Counted from the first letter of the stretch, positions 10,767 to 21,318 are shown. The stretch: DNA of 64,000 nucleotides from Bdellovibrionota bacterium (GCA_041739995.1 JBGSMV010000046.1:9774-73773), one strand, 5' to 3'. Translations and numbers: made by a program. The notes: generated by a model from the sequence alone, not told the origin.

Positions 10767-10928
10767 GTGCTATCTCATTAGAATCGCGCTAGAAAATAGC
10801 CTTGGGCTCGCCCAATAGCAACTAGGCACTCTGATAGGCGCTCGGCCAGAAGCCTCATATTTAGTGCCCCGGGGCACGCAACTTCGCTTGGTTCTCTCCG
10901 AAGATGTAAGTATTTCTACAAGCAGGAC

Positions 10929-13145
10929 ATGAATTTCTCTTCCCCAGAATCTTCAGAACAAGTGGTCAGAGGCACGGTTTCTCGGGTCACGTTTTATAAT
11001 CCCGAGAACGGGTACTCGGTCATCCAGCTCACCACCACCGGGCAAGATGAGCAGATCACCGTCGTGGGCTCGTCACGCGGAGCCGCAGTGGGCTCTCACC
11101 TGGTCGTTCGTGGCACCTTTAAAACCCACCCGAAGTTTGGACGACAACTGAGTGCTTCTTCCATCACCGAAACCGTACCGAGCACCGCTGACGGCATAGA
11201 GAAGTACTTAGCGAGCGGCATCATAAAGGGTATTGGTGAAAAAACCGCCCAACGCCTGGTCGAAGAGTTCGGTGATCAGGCACTGGAGACCATAGTGAAA
11301 GATACCGACCGGGTAGCGAAGCTCCCTGGAATCGGTCGCAAGAAAGCTCTGCTTCTGAAAGAAGCCATGGCCCAGCAGCAAGACGTCCAAGAAATCATGC
11401 GCTTTCTGCTCGAACATCATATCTCCCAAGGTCTGGCGTATCGTATTTTTGATAAGTTCGGCAATCGCTCGATTGAGGTAATTTCTCGCGACCCTTACCT
11501 ACTTGCCCGCGAAATGCGCGGTGTGGGATTTGCGACTGCCGACACTATTGGCCTGAACCTCGGGCTTAAGCCCGATTCTCCTCAGCGTCTGAAAGCGGGA
11601 ATTTACTTTGCGCTAGAAAAATCAGTCGACGATGGTCACTGCTTTCTTACTCAGTCGCAACTAATGCAAAAGTCGTGTTTCTTGCTCGGGCTCGGAGAAG
11701 AGAATGCAGCCCTCCTTGAACCTCCCATTGAGGCTCTCATAGAAGAAGACTATCTAGTGCGTTCCCTGGACGGTATTTATCTAAAGCACTTGGTGCGGGC
11801 AGAAGAGTTCGTTGCACAGTTTATCAATGACAGAATTAGCCCCCGTGAGACAGCCGACATTGACGCTGAAGACATCGATATTGCCTTGGTAGATGCCGAG
11901 AAAACGCTGTCGCTGTCTTTTTCTCCCGAACAGCGCCGCGCCGTCCATTCCGCTGCATCCGCTCGCTTTATGATAATCACCGGAGGCCCCGGCTGCGGCA
12001 AAACTACTCTTATACGGGCGCTGTCGGTCATGTTCAGAAAATCTGGGATGCGCCTGATGTTGGCAGCGCCCACAGGGCGCGCGGCACAGCGCATGGGTGC
12101 AGTGTGTGAAATGTCCGCCAGCACCATTCATCGCATGCTGCGCTATGACCCAGGCAAGCGCTCGTTCCTGCACGGGATAAACGATCCTCTCCCCGCGGAT
12201 GTCGTCATCGTCGATGAAGCCTCGATGATAGACATCATGCTCGCCAAAGATTTATTTTCTGCAATTCCAAGGGAAGCCACCCTCATTCTTGTGGGCGACA
12301 AAGATCAGCTTCCGTCGGTCGGTCCTGGACGAATATTTGGCGATCTGATCTCGGTTGAGTCTGTACATACCGTTTCACTTTCACGCCTGTTTCGTCGCGC
12401 CGAGGAGTCAGCCATCACCAACGTAGCGCACTTGATTAATTCCGGCGTTGTACCAGAGATCCCCCAGCCCGATGGTATCACCAAGAGCGACGCCTACTTT
12501 CTTCCGCGCCCAAAACCTGATGAAGCAGCGCTCACCATTGAAAAGCTCGTGTCTGAAACGATCCCTAAGAAGTTCGGGTTTTCAGGCCCAGAAATTGCGG
12601 TCCTGACTCCTTCTAACCGCGGAGATCTTGGCGCAGAACGCTTGAACGAACGGCTTCAATCACGACTCAACCCACCTGGCTCAATTGACAGCGAACAGGA
12701 AATTTCTGTTCACGGACGTGCGTTACGCGTAAATGACCGCGTATGTCAGCGCGTGAACAACTATAATCTTGATGACGTCGGCGTGTTTAACGGCGACACT
12801 GGCACGATTTGTAGCATTAATCGTAAGGACCAAGAGATCGTAGTCGAACTGTGGGACGGCAGGCTGGTCAAGTATAGCTCTGGTGATGTGTCTCAACTCT
12901 CACTCGCATACGCTCTTACCGTGCATCGCTCACAAGGCTCAGAAGTTCCTTGCGTGGTGCTCGCACTGCATGACTCGCACTTTACATTGCTCGATAGGCA
13001 GCTGATTTACACCGCGGTCACCAGAGCAAAGCGACTGCTGGTCATTGTAGGCTCTAAACGCGCCATGATGATGGCCGTTCGGCGCAGCTCGTCGAAGCGC
13101 AGAAATTCAAAACTCAGGGAGCGCGTACAAATGCTCTCAGTTTAG
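10929..13145 (+). CDS. recD2: ATP-dependent RecD2-like DNA helicase
   Basis: N-terminal OB/HhH (GIGEKTA), Walker A TGGPGCGKTT, APTGRAA, DEASM, VGDKDQLPSVGPG, AYALTVHRSQGSE, YTAVTRAK. Confidence 0.96.
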   Translation: MNFSSPESSEQVVRGTVSRVTFYNPENGYSVIQLTTTGQDEQITVVGSSRGAAVGSHLVVRGTFKTHPKFGRQLSASSITETVPSTADGIEKYLASGIIKGIGEKTAQRLVEEFGDQALETIVKDTDRVAKLPGIGRKKALLLKEAMAQQQDVQEIMRFLLEHHISQGLAYRIFDKFGNRSIEVISRDPYLLAREMRGVGFATADTIGLNLGLKPDSPQRLKAGIYFALEKSVDDGHCFLTQSQLMQKSCFLLGLGEENAALLEPPIEALIEEDYLVRSLDGIYLKHLVRAEEFVAQFINDRISPRETADIDAEDIDIALVDAEKTLSLSFSPEQRRAVHSAASARFMIITGGPGCGKTTLIRALSVMFRKSGMRLMLAAPTGRAAQRMGAVCEMSASTIHRMLRYDPGKRSFLHGINDPLPADVVIVDEASMIDIMLAKDLFSAIPREATLILVGDKDQLPSVGPGRIFGDLISVESVHTVSLSRLFRRAEESAITNVAHLINSGVVPEIPQPDGITKSDAYFLPRPKPDEAALTIEKLVSETIPKKFGFSGPEIAVLTPSNRGDLGAERLNERLQSRLNPPGSIDSEQEISVHGRALRVNDRVCQRVNNYNLDDVGVFNGDTGTICSINRKDQEIVVELWDGRLVKYSSGDVSQLSLAYALTVHRSQGSEVPCVVLALHDSHFTLLDRQLIYTAVTRAKRLLVIVGSKRAMMMAVRRSSSKRRNSKLRERVQMLSV

Positions 13146-13395
13146 AAAGATGGCTATCAAGCATCCTCTCACGACCACCAGAGCGGGACGACAATGGTAT
13201 CGTTCAAATCGAGCTCAGTTCAGACCTCCGTCCCACTATTCATTACCCCTTTTCCCTGCCCCTCTGCTCTGCAGCTGTTCCCTGCGACTGTGTCCGGCCA
13301 GTGTTCCTGACAACGGCCCTCCCCCAAATAGGACAGGGGCTTTGCGGTGTCACCGCAAATATGGTTCCCTGACAATCCCCCTCTATACCTGAAAC

Positions 13396-13412
13396 TTGGC
13401 CCGAGTTTTGCT
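13396..13412 (+). promoter_or_regulatory. Sigma54 (-24/-12) promoter
   Basis: TTGGCCCGAGTTTTGCT vs YTGGCACG-N4-TTGCW, with exact GG-N10-GC spacing. Confidence 0.6.
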
Positions 13413-13423
13413 CTTAAGAGACT

Positions 13424-13546
13424 CTATAACCACCATCTCTTTGAAGATGGCCGACATACCGCCCCGAAAGTATCTGGTACGGGTCGCGTTCGCCTGCAAA
13501 CCCGCGGATCGTGACTTTGTACCAGGTGCTTTCGGGATTTTTATTT
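13424..13546 (+). ncRNA. Candidate structured small RNA
   Basis: Short hairpin 13433-13450, long G-U-rich hairpin 13463-13536, then a T-rich tail; lies just downstream of the sigma54 site. Confidence 0.4.
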
Positions 13547-14025
13547 CTTCGCCGCCACGAGACGTGCAGTAAGAGCAACCCTGCTATCGGAGGAGTCAGC
13601 AGAGTCCGCCTTACAATTACTTAGCGACCATGATTCTGTTAGTGGGCAAAGATAATATCAGAATCTAGTAATGAGATTCCGTACGCTGCTGCGAATCCTC
13701 GGAGAAAGTCTCTACTCGCCGCCATTGAGCCCTTCCTACTGGAGGTGCTCTTGCCGTCACCTTGAATCTCATGCGGCGATTCTGGCAGAAGCCTCAGACC
13801 AGTGGTCGGTGATATCCTCTACGCAAGCACCTGCAGGTGGTGAACGTAGTCCCCTGTCCCAGGTTAGTTGAGTTAACGGAGCCAGTAACTGCCGACTCTC
13901 GATCTGGCGCGGTACCCGAGCGAAAAACCTTCTCAGGTGCTCAGTGATTCGGCATCCTTCGACAGATACCGCACAAAGCTTTTTGGTAAATATTGATCAC
14001 CGAGTACGTTCATAATGGTTCGCCC

Positions 14026-14490
14026 TCAAGAACGGCCTTGTTTCGTTATGGCCTGCTGAGAATTGTCCTGCTTTTCGAGCGTCCCTCGTGCCGTCCCTCC
14101 TTGTTTCAGTAGCGCCTGGTTCTCGTTCCAGATTTTCAGTCGTTCTGAGAATTTAGTGGAAATGGGGCGAGACTTCCGCTCACCTTTCATGCCGAAGACC
14201 GCGCCCTCACCGCCCTCAACCAGCAAATCCCCAGCTGCCAGTGTGGGATTCTCCGCATCCTCAGCGAGGGAAAGACCAGTGCAGGTAGCGCGACACCCTG
14301 GTGCCGGACCAGCGCAGGCTTCAACTTCGTGGTCATTTAAATCTTTGACGTAAGAATGGAAGGAACAGCGTGCTTCATAGTGCACCTCGCCTGCCGTCGT
14401 AGGGACGGTCTCGGCCCACGCTTCTTGGGCAACAAAGGGGAAGGAAAATAAGAATATACTTGCGGCCAGTAGGCCATAGGGTCTATCCAT
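14026..14490 (-). CDS. Hypothetical exported protein
   Basis: GAGGAG RBS, signal peptide ending AWA, four Cys. Confidence 0.55.
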   Translation of the reverse strand: MDRPYGLLAASIFLFSFPFVAQEAWAETVPTTAGEVHYEARCSFHSYVKDLNDHEVEACAGPAPGCRATCTGLSLAEDAENPTLAAGDLLVEGGEGAVFGMKGERKSRPISTKFSERLKIWNENQALLKQGGTARGTLEKQDNSQQAITKQGRS

Positions 14491-14903
14491 AAGCGCTCCT
14501 CAGCCACTTAAGAACCAGATCCTAGGATGAACCCAACACCGAACGTTTAAGTACAATGCAACCCACATGCCGATGGATTTAGATTCTAGAAGGCGTCATG
14601 GTTACCAGTTCGAAGATTCCAAGCTATTGCGCGTAGTTAGAATTGAGCTTTGTACTTGGCGGCAGCTGCTAGGCCTCCGAACTGTCTCTCAGTTGACCCC
14701 TAGCGCCTAGGATAACCACTGGTTTTCTTATGCCAATTGGTTGTTACGGCGCTCTTTGACCATCGTTCAGAATAAAAGACTAAGGTCGCCCTCTCTGGCG
14801 TCCGCGCTCATTTCGCACTGCGCCAATCCGAGTAGAAGCACTTCTGAATTAGATGTCAGTTGGGAAAGTGTATCCAATCACACCAACTTCGAAAGGAAAC
14901 AAC

Positions 14904-15260
14904 ATGGACAGTAAAGTTATTGGACTCCTGCGCTGGGTCGTCGGACTGCTGGCCCTCAACCTCGTCGTCATCGCGGTTACGGCCGCTGTGCTCATTCTGG
15001 GACTGACGCCAAAGGCGGAACGAGGAGTGCAGGTGGCAGAACGGATGGAAGAGCGCTTCCAAGGGATTGCCGATCATGTCGAACCAGTTGTCATGGCTGG
15101 GGCTGGCAAGACGATTCAGGCCATTCAGAACATGGACGCCAGCCAAATCGCTGATCATGCTACCGATGGCGTCAGCGGAGTAGTTGACTCGGCTGCTGAA
15201 CGCGCTCGCGACTATCTGAACAACAAGAAGCAGAAGAAAGAAGGTCAGACCGACGAGTAA
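14904..15260 (+). CDS. Hypothetical single-TM membrane protein
   Basis: AAAGGA RBS before MDSKV, hydrophobic helix followed by an amphipathic region. Confidence 0.6.
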   Translation: MDSKVIGLLRWVVGLLALNLVVIAVTAAVLILGLTPKAERGVQVAERMEERFQGIADHVEPVVMAGAGKTIQAIQNMDASQIADHATDGVSGVVDSAAERARDYLNNKKQKKEGQTDE

Positions 15261-15470
15261 TTGAATCACGCCGCACAAGACCACCTCCAGAGGTTTCTAG
15301 TTCTCACTACGGTTATTCTATTTTGGAAAGTGCCCCTGGCACTTTCCCACCTGACATTCAAAATTAGACGACCGCATTTGATCGTGGCGGCCATCTGGGA
15401 ATCGCTCAGTGTCGCTTGCTCAGAACGCGCAGTGGATCACGTTGCCCTCAGTGAGGATCTTTGAGTCAAA

Positions 15471-17882
15471 TCACTGATCGCCTTTCCCCCAAGCAAACTG
15501 CGCCTTCAGTTCATTCGAGGTCGCCGGCAGCTCACCGCGTTGCTTTAAGGCCCATTCGTGCTCAAGGCTCGCAAAATCAGCCTCCTTCAGAGAAAACAAA
15601 GTCAAACGCGGATTATTGAAACCATAGGTGCCGTGTGGCGCTTCAATCTGAGTAACTATTGGTACTCGATCAAAGACCGTACGCAAACGCTCTTGGAAAA
15701 CTTTTGCGGCAAGCGGTTGCGAGAAATAACGATCGTAAAAAAGGCTGGAAAGAACCAAGTAATCCTGCCCACTTGATTTTAAATCGTCAATTTCCAGTTT
15801 CTCTAAAATCTTTGCCCTTGGAATGTGTGTTATCTCGAACTCCCCGTTCCAAAACCGCGGCGCATAGGGCTTCCAATCGAGATACACTTTACTCCCAGGC
15901 GGAAGATTCTGAATCATCCACTGCGCCATTTGATCTCGCGTATCATCGGGCACCTCACTGGCCAGTTGCACGGTCCTCACCAGAGGCACCGCTATCACTA
16001 GCGGAATCAGTAATGGCACTAGAGTTCTAATGGGCGACTGCCTTGCCATTCTTAAGAACTCGCCTGCGGCGAGGGCAAGAAACGGCAAGCACGGAAAGAT
16101 ATATCGCTCTGGCTGAGGCTCAGGTTTGGCTTTGACCCACTCAGCAGGCAGATAAAACATAAGGACCAGGCCGACAATGAAGAGATCTTCTATTCGTCTG
16201 CGCCACAGCAGAATACCCATCCCAATCAATCCCGCCACCGTAGCAATGGTCGACGTTCCAGGGATCACACTTCTCCAGAAGTGGTACATCCAAAACTGTG
16301 ACCAGGAATCAATCGGTATGGTATGCCCACGCAGCATATGATTTCGCTCTGACTGGAAGTCTTTGAGAAATACTGCCGAATTCAAAACAGCGTACGGAGT
16401 GCACAAAAGAAATCCCAGTGGCGAGAGCGCCACGGCTCCGACCGTCGGAGCCACATAGGACCAATCGGGGCGAAACGAGCGCGAGCGCAGCCAAGGAGCA
16501 GTGGCGACAATGCCTACGGCGAGTAACCCTGAGTACTTACTCGCTGCCGTCATGCCGGCCAGAATTCCTGCGAACCACAACCAGCCGCGTTTATCTTCTT
16601 GGACTGCACGCAACAGCACCGAGACCGTCAACAACAGCATGCAAGTAAGCAGCGCATCCTCTTTCATGTATCTGCTGCAGGTCACGTGCAACGGAAAAAC
16701 CGCCAACAAAAAGGCCCCGGTCAGTCCTACTTCACGAGCAAATAATCGTGCTCCGATCCGGTACACAAGGAATACCGATAGAGTCCCTGCCAAGGCACTG
16801 ACGATACGCCCGGCAAAAAACTGAGTGGAACGAAAGTCGCCAGGAATACCTAGCCACGCATCGACTGGAATCCCAAACCAATGAATCACACTGTTTACGA
16901 AATAGCTGGTGTAGAGCAGAAATGAAGGATGCAAGAAGTATTGCGGATCTAGGGTGCCGCTCTCGACCATACGCATGATTGCGTTAATCTTTGGAACTTC
17001 GTCAGGATGGTAATTGCTGGGCAGTCCAAAGCTTAAGCCCCAAAAGCGTAAGCCCGCTCCAAGCAGCACAACCGCTGTTATCCCTGTTCCCCACAGCATC
17101 CCTGAATTAGAGCTCCGGGGGGCGGAAGAGTCTTGCCCCGGTGTAGCCGCCGGGATGAAAGAGCCCAGAAGCATCCCTGCACCAAGACAAGCGAAGAGCA
17201 TCCATAGTCCGACTAACTTCTGCATTGAAGCATCATCGGCATGTTGAAGAAGCATCCATCCACACAGCGGAATCAACCAAAGCGGAACATGCGCAAGTCG
17301 CGCCAAGGCTGGCGCACGCTTAAACCACCAAAAATAGACAAACGTGAGTAGCAGCAGCATAGAAAATGCGGGAATAAGAATCCTCGCGGAGCGAATCGGC
17401 GCAAAAAGCCGCGAACCTACTTCCATGCTGAGCATTCGCGCACCGACTTGTCGCCTATCTCGCGCCGAAGCAACAAACGGATTTAGCACCTCAAATTCAA
17501 CCACGCGTGGTTCGCAGCTTCCTCGCAGCGCCACACGATGGACCGGAGCTTCACGCGTCACCGTGAATGTAGTGGTCAGCTCGCCACACACACGCGCAGC
17601 GATTTGCGCAGGCTCAAGACCAGCAGGACGCCAAGCGTCAAACGTAAGGTCGAGGCGATTCGCGAATGGCGCCAAATCATTGAGTCGAATCTGCGACCCA
17701 TTCTCTATCCATCCATCTACGCCAATTTGTTCAAACAGGCCTTTGGAGTCAGCAGGGGTAATTTTTTGCTCCTCAGACCAGCCCAGACCAAAAACCACCG
17801 CTATCGCGCATAGCAGGCCGCCAAATACCAACGCTCGCCAAGAATCTTTCACGCTCACTTCCTCACTTTTCACAAACTTCAA
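15471..17882 (-). CDS. GT-C fold glycosyltransferase (GT39/PMT-ArnT-like) with extra N-terminal periplasmic domain
   Basis: LRFWGLSFGLP..YHPDE, HPSF, GRIVSALAG, SRYMKED, ASKY, ERYIFP; many TM helices. Confidence 0.85.
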   Translation of the reverse strand: MKFVKSEEVSVKDSWRALVFGGLLCAIAVVFGLGWSEEQKITPADSKGLFEQIGVDGWIENGSQIRLNDLAPFANRLDLTFDAWRPAGLEPAQIAARVCGELTTTFTVTREAPVHRVALRGSCEPRVVEFEVLNPFVASARDRRQVGARMLSMEVGSRLFAPIRSARILIPAFSMLLLLTFVYFWWFKRAPALARLAHVPLWLIPLCGWMLLQHADDASMQKLVGLWMLFACLGAGMLLGSFIPAATPGQDSSAPRSSNSGMLWGTGITAVVLLGAGLRFWGLSFGLPSNYHPDEVPKINAIMRMVESGTLDPQYFLHPSFLLYTSYFVNSVIHWFGIPVDAWLGIPGDFRSTQFFAGRIVSALAGTLSVFLVYRIGARLFAREVGLTGAFLLAVFPLHVTCSRYMKEDALLTCMLLLTVSVLLRAVQEDKRGWLWFAGILAGMTAASKYSGLLAVGIVATAPWLRSRSFRPDWSYVAPTVGAVALSPLGFLLCTPYAVLNSAVFLKDFQSERNHMLRGHTIPIDSWSQFWMYHFWRSVIPGTSTIATVAGLIGMGILLWRRRIEDLFIVGLVLMFYLPAEWVKAKPEPQPERYIFPCLPFLALAAGEFLRMARQSPIRTLVPLLIPLVIAVPLVRTVQLASEVPDDTRDQMAQWMIQNLPPGSKVYLDWKPYAPRFWNGEFEITHIPRAKILEKLEIDDLKSSGQDYLVLSSLFYDRYFSQPLAAKVFQERLRTVFDRVPIVTQIEAPHGTYGFNNPRLTLFSLKEADFASLEHEWALKQRGELPATSNELKAQFAWGKGDQ

Positions 17883-17958
17883 TTTTCCTTAACCGCAATC
17901 GACTTCGCCGAAATCCTCATCAATAGCAGGCTTGCGAAGAGATTTCTTCACATCGCTG

Positions 17959-20004
17959 CTATGGTTTCCTTTCTGCCAGCCACGTCTTAAGCGCCTGAAC
18001 ATCCACCACGACGGACACGTCATCTCGAAACGGCATCGCCGGAAAATTAATCATATCAATCTCGCGCGGCAGTTCTCGATACGCGTACTCGGGCCAACTG
18101 CGCCCCGCGATCTCACGCAGCAGCGAGTTGAAGGGCTCAAAATATTTCACTGAGGCAAGAGCTTCAGGATAGAATCGCTTTCTGTCGAACACAAAGTAAT
18201 CGATCCCCTGCGGCTCAACCAGAGACAGAAACTCATTAAGATCTCGTGCGTAATGCGCGCGAAGCGTGATTTCAATTCGCGGCTTGATGGTGGCGTAATA
18301 TCCATCATAGAACGGGTGCGCCGTCTCCGTGGTGATGTAAGCGGTGCGATGCCCAAACAGCATCGCCCCATCGATAAGAGACGGCTCTCCCGCAATAAGC
18401 GCGTCCCGAGGCGTGTGCGCCCTTATCCAATCAAACACTCCACCTTTCTTGTGTGCGGAGTAGTTAAAATTTCCCGAGCCCTGCAAGCCAGACCCGGAGC
18501 CAAGCACCACTACCAGAGCGACCGCAGCCAGTCCTAAATAACTCCACCACCAGCGATGAGCGGCGCTGGCCCCCAGGTACGGCGCGCCGACGCGCCAAGC
18601 GGCGATTGAAACCCCCACCACAAAACAAATCGCCAGCGGAAACTGCAGATGCCTGTCAGGCACATACAATTGAAAGGCGAATGCGCGCGCAGCGGCATAA
18701 ACCAGCAAAGTCGCCACACCGAACCACAGCACTGGTTTTGGAAAAACTTCCCTGCGTTGTCTGAAGCCGACGCCCGCAAGGAACAGACACCCAAGCACTA
18801 CCAACGGAATGATCGCCGCCTTAATAATTGTGCCAGGATTATGGAGTCGCGACGCGAAGGCTTGAAACCCGAAGGTGGCAAGTTCCCATCGCACTGGTTT
18901 CAAGGGATAGAAAGGAAATCTTCCGTCAGGCGTTGAGAACTCAGGCATGTGCGCCGCTCGTTCCAGCGTAGCCATTGTTCCAATTTCGGCGGGCATGCGC
19001 ACTACTAGCCACGCAAGAACCACCAGAAACGGTGCGAGTACTGTAAAACGCCAAAGCGGTGCCCATGCACGACGGCTTGCGGCAGAATCCAACGCCCTAC
19101 CCTGCGAAGAGCTCCGTAAGAAATCCCACATCAACCACAGACCGTACGCTCCGGCACAGATAATGGTGGCCGGTGGATGCACCAAACATCCAAACACGAG
19201 AGTGGCGAGCACTCCTCGGTGATTTCCTTTCAACGCAAAATAAAGAAAAAATGCGAACAGCGGCGCAGCCCAGCCGCGCGGCAGTCCGCCAGTCATGCGC
19301 TGCACTATAAGTCGGGTGTGCAGCATCCACGTGGCGGCGAAAAGCCCAGGAATCATTCCTGCGACGACTCCCCCACACGCTGCGCTGACCGCAAGGAATA
19401 TTCCAAGCACAAGCAGAGAAAGCTGAATGAGCATCACCACATGCCCAGCCATGACCGCATCGCCTGTAACCCACGTCATGGCCGCCGTCACACCGTAGTG
19501 AATCGGCGTTAAGTAGCGCTCCATCATTTGGGTGATCACATCACCAGAAAAAAGTTCTGGATCGAACACACGAAGAAAAGGATAGCTCTGTTGCAATGCG
19601 TCATCGGTCGTCCATTCAGGACTAAACCACCAATCAGAAACGCTGAAGTAGAAGCAAGCGCAGTAGACGAGGAACCCGACGAGAGCTACGGCTTTAAAAA
19701 GCACTTCAAGGTTGTCGCGAATGCCCTGCACTACAGCCTTCACTACGGCCGCTACGGCAGAGCCTGATAATTTGGGCAGTCTCTGGTCGGCACGCTGAAC
19801 TTCAGGTCCGGAGTCCGAGATATTTTCTAGGACATCAGCGAGACTACCCCTTTCTTCGGCATGCCTAACCTCGTCCGCATTTTGTGCTAAGTTCCCGAAG
19901 TTCTTCATAAGAAACACTGGATATACCTGTGTTCCAAAGCTTCCGTCAAAACTCAGGCCCCGCCCGTAGCCACCAAACAGAATCGCAAATAGGCGCTTGC
20001 TCAT
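17959..20004 (-). CDS. Polytopic membrane protein, possibly a GT-C type glycosyltransferase
   Basis: TTDDALQ acidic loop after TM1, about 11 TMs, C-terminal soluble domain FDWIRAHTPRDALIAG...GIDYFVFD; start uncertain (19908 possible). Confidence 0.6.
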   Translation of the reverse strand: MSKRLFAILFGGYGRGLSFDGSFGTQVYPVFLMKNFGNLAQNADEVRHAEERGSLADVLENISDSGPEVQRADQRLPKLSGSAVAAVVKAVVQGIRDNLEVLFKAVALVGFLVYCACFYFSVSDWWFSPEWTTDDALQQSYPFLRVFDPELFSGDVITQMMERYLTPIHYGVTAAMTWVTGDAVMAGHVVMLIQLSLLVLGIFLAVSAACGGVVAGMIPGLFAATWMLHTRLIVQRMTGGLPRGWAAPLFAFFLYFALKGNHRGVLATLVFGCLVHPPATIICAGAYGLWLMWDFLRSSSQGRALDSAASRRAWAPLWRFTVLAPFLVVLAWLVVRMPAEIGTMATLERAAHMPEFSTPDGRFPFYPLKPVRWELATFGFQAFASRLHNPGTIIKAAIIPLVVLGCLFLAGVGFRQRREVFPKPVLWFGVATLLVYAAARAFAFQLYVPDRHLQFPLAICFVVGVSIAAWRVGAPYLGASAAHRWWWSYLGLAAVALVVVLGSGSGLQGSGNFNYSAHKKGGVFDWIRAHTPRDALIAGEPSLIDGAMLFGHRTAYITTETAHPFYDGYYATIKPRIEITLRAHYARDLNEFLSLVEPQGIDYFVFDRKRFYPEALASVKYFEPFNSLLREIAGRSWPEYAYRELPREIDMINFPAMPFRDDVSVVVDVQALKTWLAERKP

Positions 20005-20111
20005 CTGTTAATGTGGAAGCACAGAGGTGCGTCGGTTTGTGCCCAAATGGCCCTACTGAACGACCTCGTTGAGTAACAAGGTTTTTCACCGTTTTTGTCT
20101 GGAGTGTGGAG

Positions 20112-20330
20112 ATGGATACGTTACAACGTTTAATGGATATCGCGAGTCGTCTTGAGCAGTTAGAGGGGACGGCAGACTGGATCGCACGCGAGACCGTACA
20201 CTCCGACAGCGGCGTTTCTCAGAGCGCTACCTTAATAACAGTGCTCTCAGACAATGTGAGGGAGCGAATCTACGCGCTGGTAAAGGATCTTGAAGAGAAT
20301 GAGGAAGAAGATCAAAACCAGTTTCACTAG
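20112..20330 (+). CDS. Small hypothetical coiled-coil protein
   Basis: GGAG RBS 7 nt upstream, helical heptad pattern, acidic tail. Confidence 0.7.
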   Translation: MDTLQRLMDIASRLEQLEGTADWIARETVHSDSGVSQSATLITVLSDNVRERIYALVKDLEENEEEDQNQFH

Positions 20331-20418
20331 GCCCTAGAGCGCTTCGCTGATAGGCGCTAAAGCGCCCCGCTCAGGAACACTGATTTCGAGCGCGAGGTCA
20401 CTTTTGAGAACCGAACAT

Positions 20419-20460
20419 TAGAGCCGAATTAGCTTTAACTCGCTGATTCGGCTCTATTTC
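20419..20460 (+). terminator. Stem-loop, possible terminator
   Basis: TAGAGCCGAATTAGC / GCTGATTCGGCTCTA 15-bp stem with one G-U pair, short T tail. Confidence 0.4.
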
Positions 20461-20639
20461 ATTGTGTTGCTGACGTGACGTCACTTAAGCGCTCCCCGCA
20501 CAGAAATGACCCGGGTATATTCCCCGAATACGAAATTTTCCTAGTTGAACCAACAGATTAGCGAATATCTGAAGCACGCAGCGCTTGTAGGCAGAACTCT
20601 TATTGGGTACTTTCTCTCACCCGAACGGAGTTTAGGCAG

Positions 20640-21110
20640 ATGGGCCACGCGCTTCCAAAAACTGAATACGCCACTGCTAGCTCGCTCTCTTCTGTGGCTT
20701 CCTCGTTCGGTCCGCGCCTTTCACTCGTGCGAGGCGGAGTTCCTCGCAGTGTCGATTTCGATCCCGGCGCCAAGCCGCAGTCCGCAGTCGCAACCCGAGA
20801 GATCACTATTCTTTGCCTGATCCTTGTCGGCTTACAATTTTTGGACTTCGCTCTGACGGCGTTGGGCGTTTCCCACCTCGGCATAGAAGCTGAAGGCAAT
20901 CCGATGATTCGCGGACTCATGCATCTGTGGGGGCCGCTACCTGCTCTGCTCTCAGTAAAGTTTCTCGCAACGCTTGTAATTTACCTGCTATTTATCGTTG
21001 CTCGACAGGTTAAATGGATACGTGCGGCACTTAGAGCGGTCATCGCTCTCTATCTATGTGCGGCTATTTTGCCATGGTCCGGGATTCTACTCGGAACGTT
21101 CTTTCTCTAG
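20640..21110 (+). CDS. DUF5658-like membrane protein
   Basis: LQFLDFALTALGV...EAEGNPMIR...SVKF pattern, three TMs. Confidence 0.7.
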   Translation: MGHALPKTEYATASSLSSVASSFGPRLSLVRGGVPRSVDFDPGAKPQSAVATREITILCLILVGLQFLDFALTALGVSHLGIEAEGNPMIRGLMHLWGPLPALLSVKFLATLVIYLLFIVARQVKWIRAALRAVIALYLCAAILPWSGILLGTFFL

Positions 21111-21318
21111 GAGTCTGTGACAAAGACGCCGAGGACCCGTGACGCCTCCTCGAATCAAAGGGCAGCACAGACGTCCGTGACCGAAGGCGAATTGTCATAA
21201 ACCGGGCTGTGTCACACACACTAGCAGCTTCGTGAAAAGCTTTTTCAACCTGAATAGACCTGCTTAAACTTGAATTGACTTGTCATTCACTCTCTCCAAG
21301 GAGCATACTTCCCCCTAC

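Noticed and set aside
10864..10877. 14-bp palindrome GTGCCCCGGGGCAC between serS and recD2
   Set aside because: Single GC-rich palindrome with no supporting context; no T-box or known operator match.
13915..13970. AAACCTTCTCAGG...GACAGA resembling a glycine riboswitch 3' half
   Set aside because: No matching GGAGA...CCGAAG 5' half and no downstream + strand gene.
13620..14025. Protein-like fragments on the minus strand after the 14026 gene (possible decayed 3' extension)
   Set aside because: Short frames broken by stops with no recognisable family, so a pseudogene call cannot be supported.
14820..14870. attC-like ending (CTGAATTAGATGTCAG); similar GTTR words near 8750 and 63003
   Set aside because: No paired RYYYAAC/GTTRRRY boxes with a proper stem, and no integron integrase in the window.
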